Below are positions 17,595 through 27,454 of a stretch of 62,170 bases of DNA, one piece after another. The notes under the pieces are model-generated. The model searched no databases. It saw only the letters and a list, made by a program, of their open reading frames with translations, and had not been told where the DNA came from. Source of the DNA: a virus; the IMG/VR virus record IMGVR_UViG_3300046557_000378; one strand, given 5' to 3'. The first letter of the stretch is position 1; the number at the start of each line of letters is the position of its first letter. A program made the translations under genes and the position numbers.

Positions 17595-17639
17595 GCGCCC
17601 GCTCCTCCCCGATTCCGGCAGGGAGGGGTGGGCGCTTTC
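17595..17639 (+). terminator. intrinsic terminator
   Basis: About 15-bp imperfect stem GCGCCCGCTCCTCCCC/GGGAGGGGTGGGCGC then TTT. Confidence 0.65.
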
Positions 17640-17674
17640 CACGAGTCTACGCACACTGAGGAGATAGATGTCCC

Positions 17675-18761
17675 ATGCCGATTCTCGAACTCTGCGCCGG
17701 TTACGGCGGTCTCGGAATTGCGGTTGAGGCCCTGACGGGCGACAAGGTCACCGTCGTCGCGGAAGTCCACAGAGCTGCCTGCAAGGTCATGGCGCACCGA
17801 TTCCCCGACGCCCCCAACATCGGTGACGTGCGAACCCAGAACTGGGGCGCGCTGCTGGGCGAGGGGATCGACACCATCACGGCGGGCTTCCCCTGCCAGG
17901 ACATCAGCAACGCGGGACGCCGGGAGGGGATCAAGGGTGAGCGGAGCGGGATTTGGTTCAACATCGCTGAAGGAATACGGGTTCTTCGACCCCGACACGT
18001 CTACCTGGAGAACGTCGGAGCACTCCGAAATCGGGGGCTCGACTCGGTCCTCACATCGCTTCACGAGATCGGGTACGACGCGGCATGGACGTCTATACGA
18101 GCTTCCGACATTGGGGCTCCGCACCATCGCGACCGCTGGTTCTGCGTTGCCACACCTTCCGTCCCCGACGGTAAGTGACGCGACCCGCGGACCGGACTAC
18201 GCCAAGCGGACCCGGGAGGGATCCGGCGGCGACGACCTGGTGACGGCTATCGCCCGCCTCTTCCCGCGGGAGAAGGCGGAGAAGCTGTTCAAGACGCCGA
18301 CAGCAAACCTGGCCAGCAACGGCAGCGCGCAGCACCCGGACAAGCGCAAGGCGGGAGGCCACGGGCCGACGCTGGAGGACGAGGTGTGTTTCCTCCTGAA
18401 CGTCGAGCCTGACGCCGAGCACCCCGACGACGGTCCGCACTCGCCGGCCGACTGGTGGGGCGAGTTCGCCCGCGCCGTCTACCGCTGGGAAATCTTCATG
18501 GGCACTCCGGCGCCCGTGCCGATCATGCGCGGTCCGCGCGGGGGCGTGAAGCTGGCGCCCAAGTTCTGTGAATGGCTGATGGGCCTCCCCGACGGGTGGG
18601 TCACCGACGTTCCGGACCTGACGCGCGAAGAACAGATCGGGCGCATCGGTAACGGTGTCTGCCCGCAGCAAGCACACCACGCGTTCCGCTTCCTGAGAGA
18701 GCAGTTGAGCGCGGTACACACGGAGGAGAGCAGCACACATGGGCAAAGCCCGACTGACTGA
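17675..18761 (+). pseudogene. dcm: DNA (cytosine-5)-methyltransferase, reading frame interrupted (+1 shift needed near 18146-18160)
   Basis: Frame 2: motif I LELCAGYGG, IV GFPCQDIS, VI ENV, VIII HHRDRWF, stop 18176-18178. Frame 3 continues with LPSPTVSDATRG...EWLMGLPDGW...GNGVCPQQA. Confidence 0.8.
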
Positions 18762-19014
18762 CTTCACGGGCGCGGAGATCCGCGTCGGTGTCGTCATCGC
18801 GTACCCGACGCGTCAGGGGAACGTCGTCCGGAACAGTGAGGCCATCGTCCTGGAGACGATGAGCGACAAGAGCACGGGGCGCATCGTCCCGATGCTGAAG
18901 GTGAGGCCGACGGGGAGGGACTCGGGCTTCATCGCGCGCAAGACGCTGACGGTGCAGAACGTCGCCGCGAAGCACGTCGTAGTCATCGTAGACACGCAGG
19001 GGGAGAGCAAGTGA
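18739..19014 (+). CDS. hypothetical protein
   Basis: 91 aa; overlaps end of methyltransferase frame. Confidence 0.55.
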   Translation: MGKARLTDFTGAEIRVGVVIAYPTRQGNVVRNSEAIVLETMSDKSTGRIVPMLKVRPTGRDSGFIARKTLTVQNVAAKHVVVIVDTQGESK

Positions 19015-19760
19015 CGGAGACGTTCGAGGTGGGGCAGAAGGTCAAGCACTACACCCGCGGTGACGTGGAGGTCTCGTACGGTCCGTACGACAGCCCGTTC
19101 GGCGGCCCCCGGTACGTGGTGAAGCTGGACAGTGGGAAAGAGACAGCGGTTAGCCCCGACACTCTCACCGCCATCCCCGTGACCCCGAAGTTCGCCGTTG
19201 GCGACGAGGTGACGCTTCGAACGCGCGGGAGTAAGGCGACCGTGGAGTACGGCCCGTTCGACGATCGGGACGTGTACGTCGTGAAGCTCGTCGACGAGCC
19301 GACCGACCCGGACGGGGTCCGCACGTTCACGGCCCTAGCGAGTGTCATGCAGGCGGTGCCGGAGATCAAGGTCGGTGACCGAGTGCGGGTGGTGAAGGAC
19401 GATCCGGCGATCAGGACGGGCGAGTTCGTCGGGAAGACGGGCGTCGTCCAGGGTCTGAACAGGCGGAGCTCCCGACTCCCCTTCGACGTCAGGTTCGACG
19501 CTGGTCAGGGTGCGCACTACGGATCGTGGAACGTGGCGGAGGTCGAGCCCGTCACCGACGAGAACGCCCACACCCACGACGGCGTGACGTACGACCTGAC
19601 CGCGAAGTACAAGGACCGGGACAGCGACACGTGGCACCTAGCGGTGATCGACGGTCGGCTGTACGGCGGTACCTCGTGGGCTCCGCGTGACCGCCACGAC
19701 GGCATATCTGTTGAGTCGATCCTCGAATCCTGGGGACCCCTCACCCGCGTCACCACCTGA
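19011..19760 (+). CDS. repeat protein: three (F/I)KVGD SH3/KOW-like modules plus HDGVxYDL...DRDxDxW...GPLTRV C-terminal domain (paralog 1)
   Basis: 249 aa; GTGA coupling; internal repeats read directly. Confidence 0.7.
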   Translation: MTETFEVGQKVKHYTRGDVEVSYGPYDSPFGGPRYVVKLDSGKETAVSPDTLTAIPVTPKFAVGDEVTLRTRGSKATVEYGPFDDRDVYVVKLVDEPTDPDGVRTFTALASVMQAVPEIKVGDRVRVVKDDPAIRTGEFVGKTGVVQGLNRRSSRLPFDVRFDAGQGAHYGSWNVAEVEPVTDENAHTHDGVTYDLTAKYKDRDSDTWHLAVIDGRLYGGTSWAPRDRHDGISVESILESWGPLTRVTT

Positions 19761-19774
19761 CCAACCCCCACCAC

Positions 19775-19806
19775 AGCCCCCGGACAGCGACGATCCGGGG
19801 GCTTCT
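19775..19806 (+). terminator. terminator-like hairpin
   Basis: AGCCCCCGG-11 nt-CCGGGGGCT then TCT. Confidence 0.5.
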
Positions 19807-19833
19807 GCACGAGCCATTCACGGAGGAGAGAGC

Positions 19834-20556
19834 ATGGCGAGCACGTTCAAGGTCGGCGACAAGGTGAAGCACGAGACCTACGGCGAGGTGGAGTTGGCGT
19901 TCGGTCCTGTCGACTTCGGGTCCTTCACGGGCGGCTGGCTGGTGAAGCAGGAGGACGGGGACTACGCCGTGGCGACTTCCGGCGCTCTCTCGTCGATCGC
20001 GAAGTTCAAGGTTGGGGACCAGACGCAGGGCGTCCGTACCGGCCAGAACTACACCATCGACGCGGGGCCGTTCTTCGACCCGAGCGAGTGGTACGTGACG
20101 CGGAAGGAGAACGGCGACGTCACGTCCACCCACGCTCGGAACATGGTCGCCGTGGAGTCCGTCGCCGACCCCATCAAGGTCGGTGACGTCATACGCATCC
20201 CGCGCGACAACCTCCAGGGCGCGGACGTCAAGGCGGGTGACCTCCTCGTCGTCTCTCGTGTCGGCGCCGGCGTCGTCCGTGCCCACGCTGCCCCGGGAGC
20301 GCGTCAGCGCACGTGGGTCTTCGCGCCGCGGAACGTTCAGAAGGTCGACGCGGACTCCGTCACCGTCCACGACGGCGTGGTCTACGACCTGGCGGAGACC
20401 TACCTCGACCGCGACCGTGACGCCTGGAAGCTGCGTCGTAACCCGGAGCTGCGTGACGAGGTGCAGGCGCAGATGACCCCGATCGACCAGGATGAGTGGC
20501 GCCACTACACGCTGGGCAGCCTCGTTCGGAGCTACGGCCCCCTGACCCGCGTCTGA
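19834..20556 (+). CDS. repeat protein, paralog 2 of 19011-19760
   Basis: ATG 19834 after GGAGGAGAG; same module order and same GPLTRV end. Confidence 0.7.
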   Translation: MASTFKVGDKVKHETYGEVELAFGPVDFGSFTGGWLVKQEDGDYAVATSGALSSIAKFKVGDQTQGVRTGQNYTIDAGPFFDPSEWYVTRKENGDVTSTHARNMVAVESVADPIKVGDVIRIPRDNLQGADVKAGDLLVVSRVGAGVVRAHAAPGARQRTWVFAPRNVQKVDADSVTVHDGVVYDLAETYLDRDRDAWKLRRNPELRDEVQAQMTPIDQDEWRHYTLGSLVRSYGPLTRV

Positions 20557-20569
20557 CTCAACTCCCTTC

Positions 20570-20600
20570 AGCCCCCGGTGACTTCGGTCCCGGTGGCTTT
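20570..20600 (+). terminator. terminator-like hairpin, second copy of the hairpin+leader module
   Basis: AGCCCCCGG.../CCGGTGGCT TTTCGGCGTGTAAGCAC. Confidence 0.55.
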
Positions 20601-20640
20601 CGGCGTGTAAGCACATGTCGTCGGAAAGAGGAGAGACCGC

Positions 20641-20811
20641 ATGGCCAAGGTGATTGCGAAGAGCGGCGTCACGGTGGAGCTGAGCGGCCGTGAGGTGGAG
20701 CTGATCCGGCAGGCGCTGCGGCACTCCGTCAGCCACAACACCAACTGGAACGACACGGACGACAACGACGCGCGCGAGCTGGAGGGCGTGCTGTCCGAGT
20801 CCCCGGAGTGA
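20641..20811 (+). CDS. hypothetical protein (56 aa, below track cutoff)
   Basis: ATG after GAGGAGAG; stop overlaps next GTG (GTGA 20808). Confidence 0.5.
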   Translation: MAKVIAKSGVTVELSGREVELIRQALRHSVSHNTNWNDTDDNDARELEGVLSESPE

Positions 20812-21002
20812 CCGGACTCCACGTCATCGACGACGCCAGCGCCCCCGCGCTGGGCGACGTCCGTGACGCCGGCCCCGGTGACCTGATCTACATCCGCCCC
20901 GTAGCAACGAGCCGCCGCGACTTCCCGAAGTACTGGGAGGCCGCGGGGGTTGCGCTCGCACGGGGCGCGCAGGTGGTTGTGATGAGTCGAGAGGAGAGCT
21001 AG
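20808..21002 (+). CDS. hypothetical protein
   Basis: 64 aa; coupled. Confidence 0.5.
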   Translation: MTGLHVIDDASAPALGDVRDAGPGDLIYIRPVATSRRDFPKYWEAAGVALARGAQVVVMSREES

Positions 21003-21250
21003 TGCCGTACCGAGATTCCTTCGGTGTCAAGATCGAAGAGGACGACTACGTCATGTCAGCTTCGACGAGCGGCGGGAACGCCAAGCTGGGGACGGTCTAC
21101 CTCGCGGCGTCGGGTCGGCCCATGCTCCACGTGGCGCACTCGAACCACGGGATGCGCAACCGGCGCAGCGAGCTGGGGTACATGACGCTCGTCCTCCGCA
21201 AGGCGGACGGTTCGGTGCCCGCGCACGTGGCGGGGGAGGTGGCCGACTGA
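21002..21250 (+). CDS. hypothetical protein
   Basis: 82 aa; start overlaps upstream stop. Confidence 0.5.
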   Translation: MPYRDSFGVKIEEDDYVMSASTSGGNAKLGTVYLAASGRPMLHVAHSNHGMRNRRSELGYMTLVLRKADGSVPAHVAGEVAD

Positions 21251-21528
21251 TGGCGCGGCACACGGGTGACGACGCTGAGACCTTCCGCGCAGTCCTGGAG
21301 GTCGAGCGGGCGAAGCGAAACCCCGAATACCACTACCGCGACAACCGCGACGTACCGGAATTCCTGGACGAGTGGGAGCCCGGAGTCAGCTACATGGGTC
21401 CGTACTCGACGAAGGGCGCTGCGCGAGCGCAGTTCAGTCGGCACCGCCGGGGGACGCTGTGGGGCGGGGCTCGGCTCGTCCGTCAGTACGTGCAGTGTGC
21501 GGCGCTGACGTGGGAGGACGTCGAATGA
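21250..21528 (+). CDS. hypothetical protein
   Basis: 92 aa; TGATG coupling. Confidence 0.5.
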   Translation: MARHTGDDAETFRAVLEVERAKRNPEYHYRDNRDVPEFLDEWEPGVSYMGPYSTKGAARAQFSRHRRGTLWGGARLVRQYVQCAALTWEDVE

Positions 21529-21719
21529 GCCGCATCAACATCCATCAGACAACGACTGGTGACAGCCGACTGGAGATCAACCTCCCCGCGCTCCAGCGAG
21601 GCGAGGAGACGCACTCGTTCACCGACGGCGAGGAACTGGGAGCAGCGTCGACGATCATCGACATGGTGTCTGCGCTCGACAACGGCGAGGCCCTCGTCAT
21701 CACGCGCGAGATCTTTTAG
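21525..21719 (+). CDS. hypothetical protein
   Basis: 64 aa; ATGA coupling. Confidence 0.5.
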   Translation: MSRINIHQTTTGDSRLEINLPALQRGEETHSFTDGEELGAASTIIDMVSALDNGEALVITREIF

Positions 21720-21836
21720 GGGGCGTCGTGGGGCAACAACTTCTGATCGCCGCAACGCTCATCCCGTCCGGCGTCGCCCTGGCGGCCCTCGTCTTCCTCT
21801 GGGCCTACGCGACGATCCACAGAGAGGAGATCAACA

Positions 21837-22049
21837 GTGTTCCGAGTAGTACAGACGCGTGAGGCCTTCGCGTACCCGGAGGGCAAGGTATGGGGGCCGT
21901 ACGTCGAAGAGGTCGACGCGCAGGAACGGGTGAAGACACTCCGGGAGTTCGACGGTGACGGCGTCATCGAGTCTGGTGAGTTCGGCACCCCGTGCCGCAT
22001 CCTCGTCGACGCCGGCGGGGGAGGTGGAGGTCTTCTAGTCACGGCGTGA
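21837..22049 (+). CDS. hypothetical protein
   Basis: 70 aa; GTG after AGAGAGGAG. A 44-codon membrane micro-ORF (21728-21862) may precede it. Confidence 0.5.
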   Translation: MFRVVQTREAFAYPEGKVWGPYVEEVDAQERVKTLREFDGDGVIESGEFGTPCRILVDAGGGGGGLLVTA

Positions 22050-22138
22050 AGGCATTGTGTCTGTGTGTACCCGCATCCCACATCGCTCGTTGGCTCATGG
22101 TCAGTACTCATACCCGCTGTATCGAACGCGCGTACGAT

Positions 22139-22336
22139 ATGACAGAGGCAAGAGACGAAGGGGTGCGGGCAGTGACGGACGAAGCGGCACAGAGCACAAC
22201 CGGGGACGGGGTTCTTACGTACCGGGAACGCACGTGGACAGTTCAGTCAGAGCCCGTAGTCATCGACTCCGACGGAGGGTCTGACCTCGTCGAAGTCTGG
22301 GTCCGAAGAGGTGAGGGCATCGAGCAACCCCAGTAA
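22139..22336 (+). CDS. hypothetical protein
   Basis: 65 aa; ATG in frame in track ORF 21992-22336. Confidence 0.45.
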   Translation: MTEARDEGVRAVTDEAAQSTTGDGVLTYRERTWTVQSEPVVIDSDGGSDLVEVWVRRGEGIEQPQ

Positions 22337-22727
22337 GGCCAAAGGCACCGCGTGGGAGTCGGCCATCGTCGGCTATCTGCGCGAACACCACGACCCGGGC
22401 GTCCATCGGAATGTACAGATGGGCGCCCGCGACATTGGCGACGTCGCCGGCTACTACCTGCACGCGCTGGAGGCGAAAGCGGAGCGCACGATCACGCTCT
22501 CTGACTACATCGCGCAGGCCAACCGGGAGGCCGTCAACGCGGGTCAGCCGTACGGCTGCGCGGTGGTGAAGCGGCGGATGAAGGGGGTCTCTGACGGCTA
22601 CGTCGTGAGGGACTTGCGTACCGACGTGCGGTTGATGAACCGCATGAAGGTCATGGAGGAGGCGCTCCAGGACGTCGATTACGACCGCTGGTGCGACGTC
22701 GACGCGGAGCACAGGGAGGCAGCGTGA
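22311..22727 (+). CDS. PD-(D/E)XK Holliday-junction-resolvase-like nuclease
   Basis: 138 aa; KGTAWESAIVGYL...DIGDV...LEAK pattern. Confidence 0.55.
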   Translation: MRASSNPSKAKGTAWESAIVGYLREHHDPGVHRNVQMGARDIGDVAGYYLHALEAKAERTITLSDYIAQANREAVNAGQPYGCAVVKRRMKGVSDGYVVRDLRTDVRLMNRMKVMEEALQDVDYDRWCDVDAEHREAA

Positions 22728-22924
22728 AGAAAGCCGTCATCGAGTTCTCAGGAACCCTCACCGTTCGTCCTGGCGACGAGTACGAGGGGGAGGAGATGTC
22801 CCTCGAAGACGCGCGTGGGTGGGTGAGTCACGCCCTGGCGCGCGGCGACAAGCACGCATCGGGCTACGACACGTACGGCGGGGTGACGTCGGTCAGCTAC
22901 GAGGACTACGACCCGGAGGAGTAG
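22724..22924 (+). CDS. hypothetical acidic protein
   Basis: 66 aa; GTGA coupling. Confidence 0.5.
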   Translation: MKKAVIEFSGTLTVRPGDEYEGEEMSLEDARGWVSHALARGDKHASGYDTYGGVTSVSYEDYDPEE

Positions 22925-22972
22925 CTCCGCCAGTCGTCTAGCGCATCGCCACAACCGCAAAGCACTGACACA

Positions 22973-22999
22973 AGGGGCGTCCTTCGGGGCGCCCCTTTA
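22973..22999 (+). terminator. intrinsic terminator
   Basis: AGGGGCG...CGCCCCT then TTT; preceded by palindrome variant 22929-22942. Confidence 0.65.
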
Positions 23000-23024
23000 G
23001 GCATGACTCAAGAGGGGAGAGACC

Positions 23025-25538
23025 TTGCGACTGACGGAGATTCTGGGGCGGCTCGAAGGAGTTGAGGAGGATCATGACGGCTATCTCGCGCTCTGCCCCG
23101 CGCACCGGGACCGGAACCACCCGTCGCTGAAGCTGACACTGAAGGAGGGCGGAAAGCTTCTGCTCGTCTGCCGTACGGGATGCGTGCAGTCTGACGTACT
23201 GCTGAAGATGGATCTCCGTCCGTCCGACCTCTTCGACGTCGACGGCGAGGGCGTGAAGACCGTCAGCGCGAGGGCTCCGGAGACGATCGGCCCTGGAGAG
23301 ATCGCGGGACTTCGAGTCGCCGTTGACCAGTGGGTGAGCGCGCTTCAGCACCAGGGAATGGGGGCAGGGTTCGCCGATGCCGCGCGGCAGTACGCCGCGG
23401 ACCGGTTCGGCCTGTCTGCGGAGCAGTGTGCCGAACTCCTCGTCGGCCTCTCCACCCCCGCAGAGCAGTCGTGGCCGTGGCTCTCACGTGGCTTCACACG
23501 GTACCCCCGCCTAACCGTCCCGTTGGTTGGCTTCGACGGTGTGGTCCGCGGCCTACAGGGGCGCGACCTGTCGGGGAAGTGTCCGGCCCGTTGGGTCTCC
23601 CTGACCAATGTGGAGGGGCGGACGTGGGCGAAGTACGGCGTCCTCTCCGCAGGCGCCGGCTATGACACGATCCTTGTGACCGAAGGTCCCGGCGACGGAC
23701 TGACCTCCGTCGGTGTCGGCTACGACGCGCTCGTCATCCGTGGCGCCGGGCTCGCCCGTAACGCCGCCCTCGTCGCGGAACTGGTTACTCACCTACGAGG
23801 CCGTGACGTCGTCCTGGCCTTCGACCCTGACGACGCTGGCGCGCGAGGTATTGGCGCCCTGGCGACGGCGCTTGTGGAGGACGGGAACCACCCTCGTCAG
23901 CTCCCGTTCCCCAACGCGGGGGAGGATCTGACGGACTGGCGTACGCGGGACCCGGAGGCGTTTCCCGCGGACCTGCACCGCGCTGTCCGTGCGGCGTCGG
24001 TGGTTGATCTGGAGGTCGGTAAGCCCGCAGCTTCCGCGTCAACTTCCGCTCCGTCGACGGAGGTTGACGTCCCTGACACGGACACCGCACTTCAGGGCAT
24101 GAGCGCTTCCTCGCGCGAGATGTTCGATCTGACGGACGTCGGCCTTGCCGTGCGCCTGCGCGACTATATGCGGAGCCAGGGCGGGGGAGTGCGCTACGCG
24201 CGAGGGCTCGGGTTCCTCGTATGGGACGGAACGATCTGGACGCAGACGACGGACGCTGTACGCGAGGCGCTGCACCGCATGGGCGCAGAGATGATCGCGG
24301 ACGGCAGCGACTTCGAGCGGAAGCTTGCGTTGAAGGCTCTGACCAACCGGCACATCGACGGCATCTTGAAGGAGCTTCCGTCGGTGCCCGGAGTTCCCGC
24401 CCGCGCTGACGCGTTCGACGCCTGTCCGGAGCTGCTCACAGTGGCCAACGGAACGGTGAACCTGCGCACAGGGCAGATTCACCCGCACACCCCTGCGGAC
24501 ATGATCACGAAGCGTCTCGACGTCGCGTACGACTCCACAGCGGAGGCGACGAGGTGGGAGAAGTTCCTTGAGGAGATCTTCCCCAACCACCCCGAGCTGC
24601 CCTCGTACATGCGGCGGTTGGTCGGCTACGGAGTCACCGGATCGACGGCTGAACAGTGCTTCGCCTTCCTCCACGGCCAGGGCGCGAACGGGAAGTCGGT
24701 GTTCCTGGACGCCCTACTCCACGTGTTCAAGGGCGTCACGAAGTCGACGGAGTTCTCCACCTTCGAGCAGCGCGTGAACGTCGGGCAGGCGAGCCCCGAA
24801 CTGGCGTCGCTCCGTGGCGCTCGACTGGTCACAGCGTCGGAGACGGAGAAGTACAGCCGCCTCGCGGAGGCACTGGTCAAGCAGCTAACAGGCGGGGATC
24901 CGGTGACATGCCGGTTCCTCAATCAGAACCCGTTCACCTACGTCCCGCGGTTCCTATTGATGGTGGCCGGCAACTACAAGCCCGCCATCCTGTCGCAGGA
25001 TCTCGGGGTCTGGCGACGGGTCAAGCTCGTTCCCTTCGAGGCCACCTTCCGCGGCGCGAAGGCGGATACCTCACTGCCCGCGACCCTGCGGGACGAGGCG
25101 GAGGGCATTCTCGCGTGGGCCGTGCGCGGCGCGCAGGAGTGGTACGAGCACGGACTCCAGGAGCCCGGCTCCGTCGCCACGGCCACGCAGGACTACCGCG
25201 AATCGGAAGACCGTCTCGCGGAGTTCATCACCGCGCGCCTCGTCCAGGAGCCCGCCGTCCGCGTCGCCCCCATGGCGGTCCGGCGTGCCTACGCCGAGTG
25301 GGCGGAGGACGCAGGCCTGAGCCGCAAGGAGGTGCTCTCCGGATGGGCTCTTGGCGTCGAACTGGAGTCGCGAGGCTTCACGAAGGACAAGCGCCGGAGC
25401 AAGTGGGGTTTCAACGGGATCCGCCTCATGACCGACGAGGAGGCACAGACCGCGCGGGCAGCGGAGACAGAGGCACCCACTGACGAGCCTGACCCGTCGG
25501 CAGACATCTTCGGACAGCAGCGAGAGGAGGCAGCGTGA
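23025..25538 (+). CDS. DNA primase/helicase (zinc-binding N-terminus, Toprim, D5/P4-type SF3 NTPase)
   Basis: 837 aa; CPAHRD...CRTGC; ILVTEGPGDG...AFDPDDAG; Walker A GQGANGKS; TTG start after GAGGGGAGAG. Confidence 0.85.
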   Translation: MRLTEILGRLEGVEEDHDGYLALCPAHRDRNHPSLKLTLKEGGKLLLVCRTGCVQSDVLLKMDLRPSDLFDVDGEGVKTVSARAPETIGPGEIAGLRVAVDQWVSALQHQGMGAGFADAARQYAADRFGLSAEQCAELLVGLSTPAEQSWPWLSRGFTRYPRLTVPLVGFDGVVRGLQGRDLSGKCPARWVSLTNVEGRTWAKYGVLSAGAGYDTILVTEGPGDGLTSVGVGYDALVIRGAGLARNAALVAELVTHLRGRDVVLAFDPDDAGARGIGALATALVEDGNHPRQLPFPNAGEDLTDWRTRDPEAFPADLHRAVRAASVVDLEVGKPAASASTSAPSTEVDVPDTDTALQGMSASSREMFDLTDVGLAVRLRDYMRSQGGGVRYARGLGFLVWDGTIWTQTTDAVREALHRMGAEMIADGSDFERKLALKALTNRHIDGILKELPSVPGVPARADAFDACPELLTVANGTVNLRTGQIHPHTPADMITKRLDVAYDSTAEATRWEKFLEEIFPNHPELPSYMRRLVGYGVTGSTAEQCFAFLHGQGANGKSVFLDALLHVFKGVTKSTEFSTFEQRVNVGQASPELASLRGARLVTASETEKYSRLAEALVKQLTGGDPVTCRFLNQNPFTYVPRFLLMVAGNYKPAILSQDLGVWRRVKLVPFEATFRGAKADTSLPATLRDEAEGILAWAVRGAQEWYEHGLQEPGSVATATQDYRESEDRLAEFITARLVQEPAVRVAPMAVRRAYAEWAEDAGLSRKEVLSGWALGVELESRGFTKDKRRSKWGFNGIRLMTDEEAQTARAAETEAPTDEPDPSADIFGQQREEAA

Positions 25539-27454
25539 AGTACTTCCCCTACACCATCGCGGGCACGGAGACTATGACCCGCGTTCCGGAGACGGCCGCG
25601 GACCTCGACGAGTTCCGTCGGTGGGTGGAGAACAAGGCTCGCGCCGACGAGATGATCGGGGCGGACACGGAGACGACCGGACTCGACACGTTCTCTCCGA
25701 CGTACCGTCTGCGTACATCGCAGTTCGGCGACAAGCGGGACGCGTGGGTCCTTCAGACCGAACTCTCCGACCGCACCGCGGGAACGGCTCGGTGGGCGTT
25801 CGACGTGCTGCCCCGTCTCGTGCTCCATAACGCCACCTTCGACATGTTGGTCTTGGACCGTCACCTAGGGGTCCCGCTGGCGACGCTGGCGCCCAAGGTG
25901 ACGGACTCGAAGATTATCGCGCATCTGTTCGATTCGCGACCCCGACACGAGGGCGGCTACGGACTGAAGCTGAAGGAGCTGTGCGCGAGGGACATTGACC
26001 CCAACGCCCCTGACACGCAAGAGGACTTGACCGCTGTTTTCCGCTCCATCGGGGAGACGAAGGCCACCGGGTGGGCGAAGATCGACATCAACCACCCGAC
26101 CTACCTCCAGTACGCAGGACTTGACGCGATCCTCGTTTCTCGGTGGCTCCCTGTCGGCGAGGAACGGCTCCGCAAGGTCGGAGTTCGTCAGGCACTCGTG
26201 GACTTCGAGCACCGCGTGATGTACGTCTGCGCGGTCATGGAGCGCCGCGGGATGCTCGTCGACCAGGACTATGTGCGCCCGCTCGTGGAGCGGCTGACGG
26301 AGGAAGCGGCACTTCACGCCGGCAAGGCGTCGAAGTACGGCGTGAACTCCGTCAACGCTCCGGCGCAGGTCTCCGCGGCGCTGCTCGGCATGGGCGAGAC
26401 ACTGACGGAGCGCACGGACTCCGGCAACCTGAAGGTGGACAAGGAGATCCTCCAGGTTCTTGCCGACGTCGACCGGGATTGGGAGCGGATCGGCGCACGC
26501 AAGCCGAACCCTCTGGCGGACGCGGTTCTCCGCTCGAAGCGCGCGGGGAAGTGGGCGAAGTCGTACGGCGTCGCCATGCGCGACGGCCTGGACGTCGACG
26601 GCCGCATCCATCCGAACATCAACTCACTTCAGGCACGCACGGCGCGGATGTCCATCTCGCGTCCTCCGCTCCAGCAGCTCCCGTCGGGGGACTGGACGAT
26701 CCGGCGCGCGATGCTCGCGGACCCGGGGCACCGCATCTTCTCCGTCGACTACTCCGCGGTGGAGATGCGCGTCCTTGCCGCCCTGGCCGACGAGAAGACG
26801 ATGAAGCGTGCCATCGCGGAAGGTCGCGACCTGCACGACTTCACCGCCGAACTCATCTGGGGCCCGAACTTCACGAAGGGGCACCGAAAGATCGGCAAGG
26901 GTGTCGGCTTCGGGAAGGTCTACGGAGGCGGAGCAACGACCTTGAGCCGTCAGACTGGTGCCCCGCTGGACGAGGTGAAGCAGGCTGTTGCGGCGTACGA
27001 CAGGGTGTATCCGGGGATCAAGCGCTACTCGCGCGACGTCCAGCGGAAGGCACGGGCTAACGGCTACGTCGTCATCACACCCACGGGCCGGCGCCTGGCG
27101 CTGGACCGGGACAGGGTCTACGCGGCGACTAACTACGCGGTCCAGAGCACCGCGCGGGACGTGCTCTGCCAGGCCCTGTTGAACATGCACAACGCGGGTC
27201 TGACGGAGTACCTCCTCCTGCCGATCCACGATGAGTGCCTAGGGTCGGCCCCCGTCGACGTCGTGGACGAGGTGGCGCGAGAGGTGGGCGAGGCCATGCG
27301 GATGGACTTCTTCGGGGTCCCACTGGACACGGATCCGGAAGTCGGGGGCCGGAGTTGGGGGTCGCTGTACATGAAGACCCCTGACGGCAAGTACGACCAC
27401 GCTCTCCGCGCGCGGGAAGACGAGTGGTACGCAAGCGTGAGGCTGGCGGCATGA
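25535..27454 (+). CDS. family A DNA polymerase with 3'-5' exonuclease domain
   Basis: 639 aa; ExoI GADTETTGLD; RDLHD; motif B KIGKGVGFGKVYGGG; motif C LPIHDE. Confidence 0.9.
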   Translation: MKYFPYTIAGTETMTRVPETAADLDEFRRWVENKARADEMIGADTETTGLDTFSPTYRLRTSQFGDKRDAWVLQTELSDRTAGTARWAFDVLPRLVLHNATFDMLVLDRHLGVPLATLAPKVTDSKIIAHLFDSRPRHEGGYGLKLKELCARDIDPNAPDTQEDLTAVFRSIGETKATGWAKIDINHPTYLQYAGLDAILVSRWLPVGEERLRKVGVRQALVDFEHRVMYVCAVMERRGMLVDQDYVRPLVERLTEEAALHAGKASKYGVNSVNAPAQVSAALLGMGETLTERTDSGNLKVDKEILQVLADVDRDWERIGARKPNPLADAVLRSKRAGKWAKSYGVAMRDGLDVDGRIHPNINSLQARTARMSISRPPLQQLPSGDWTIRRAMLADPGHRIFSVDYSAVEMRVLAALADEKTMKRAIAEGRDLHDFTAELIWGPNFTKGHRKIGKGVGFGKVYGGGATTLSRQTGAPLDEVKQAVAAYDRVYPGIKRYSRDVQRKARANGYVVITPTGRRLALDRDRVYAATNYAVQSTARDVLCQALLNMHNAGLTEYLLLPIHDECLGSAPVDVVDEVAREVGEAMRMDFFGVPLDTDPEVGGRSWGSLYMKTPDGKYDHALRAREDEWYASVRLAA

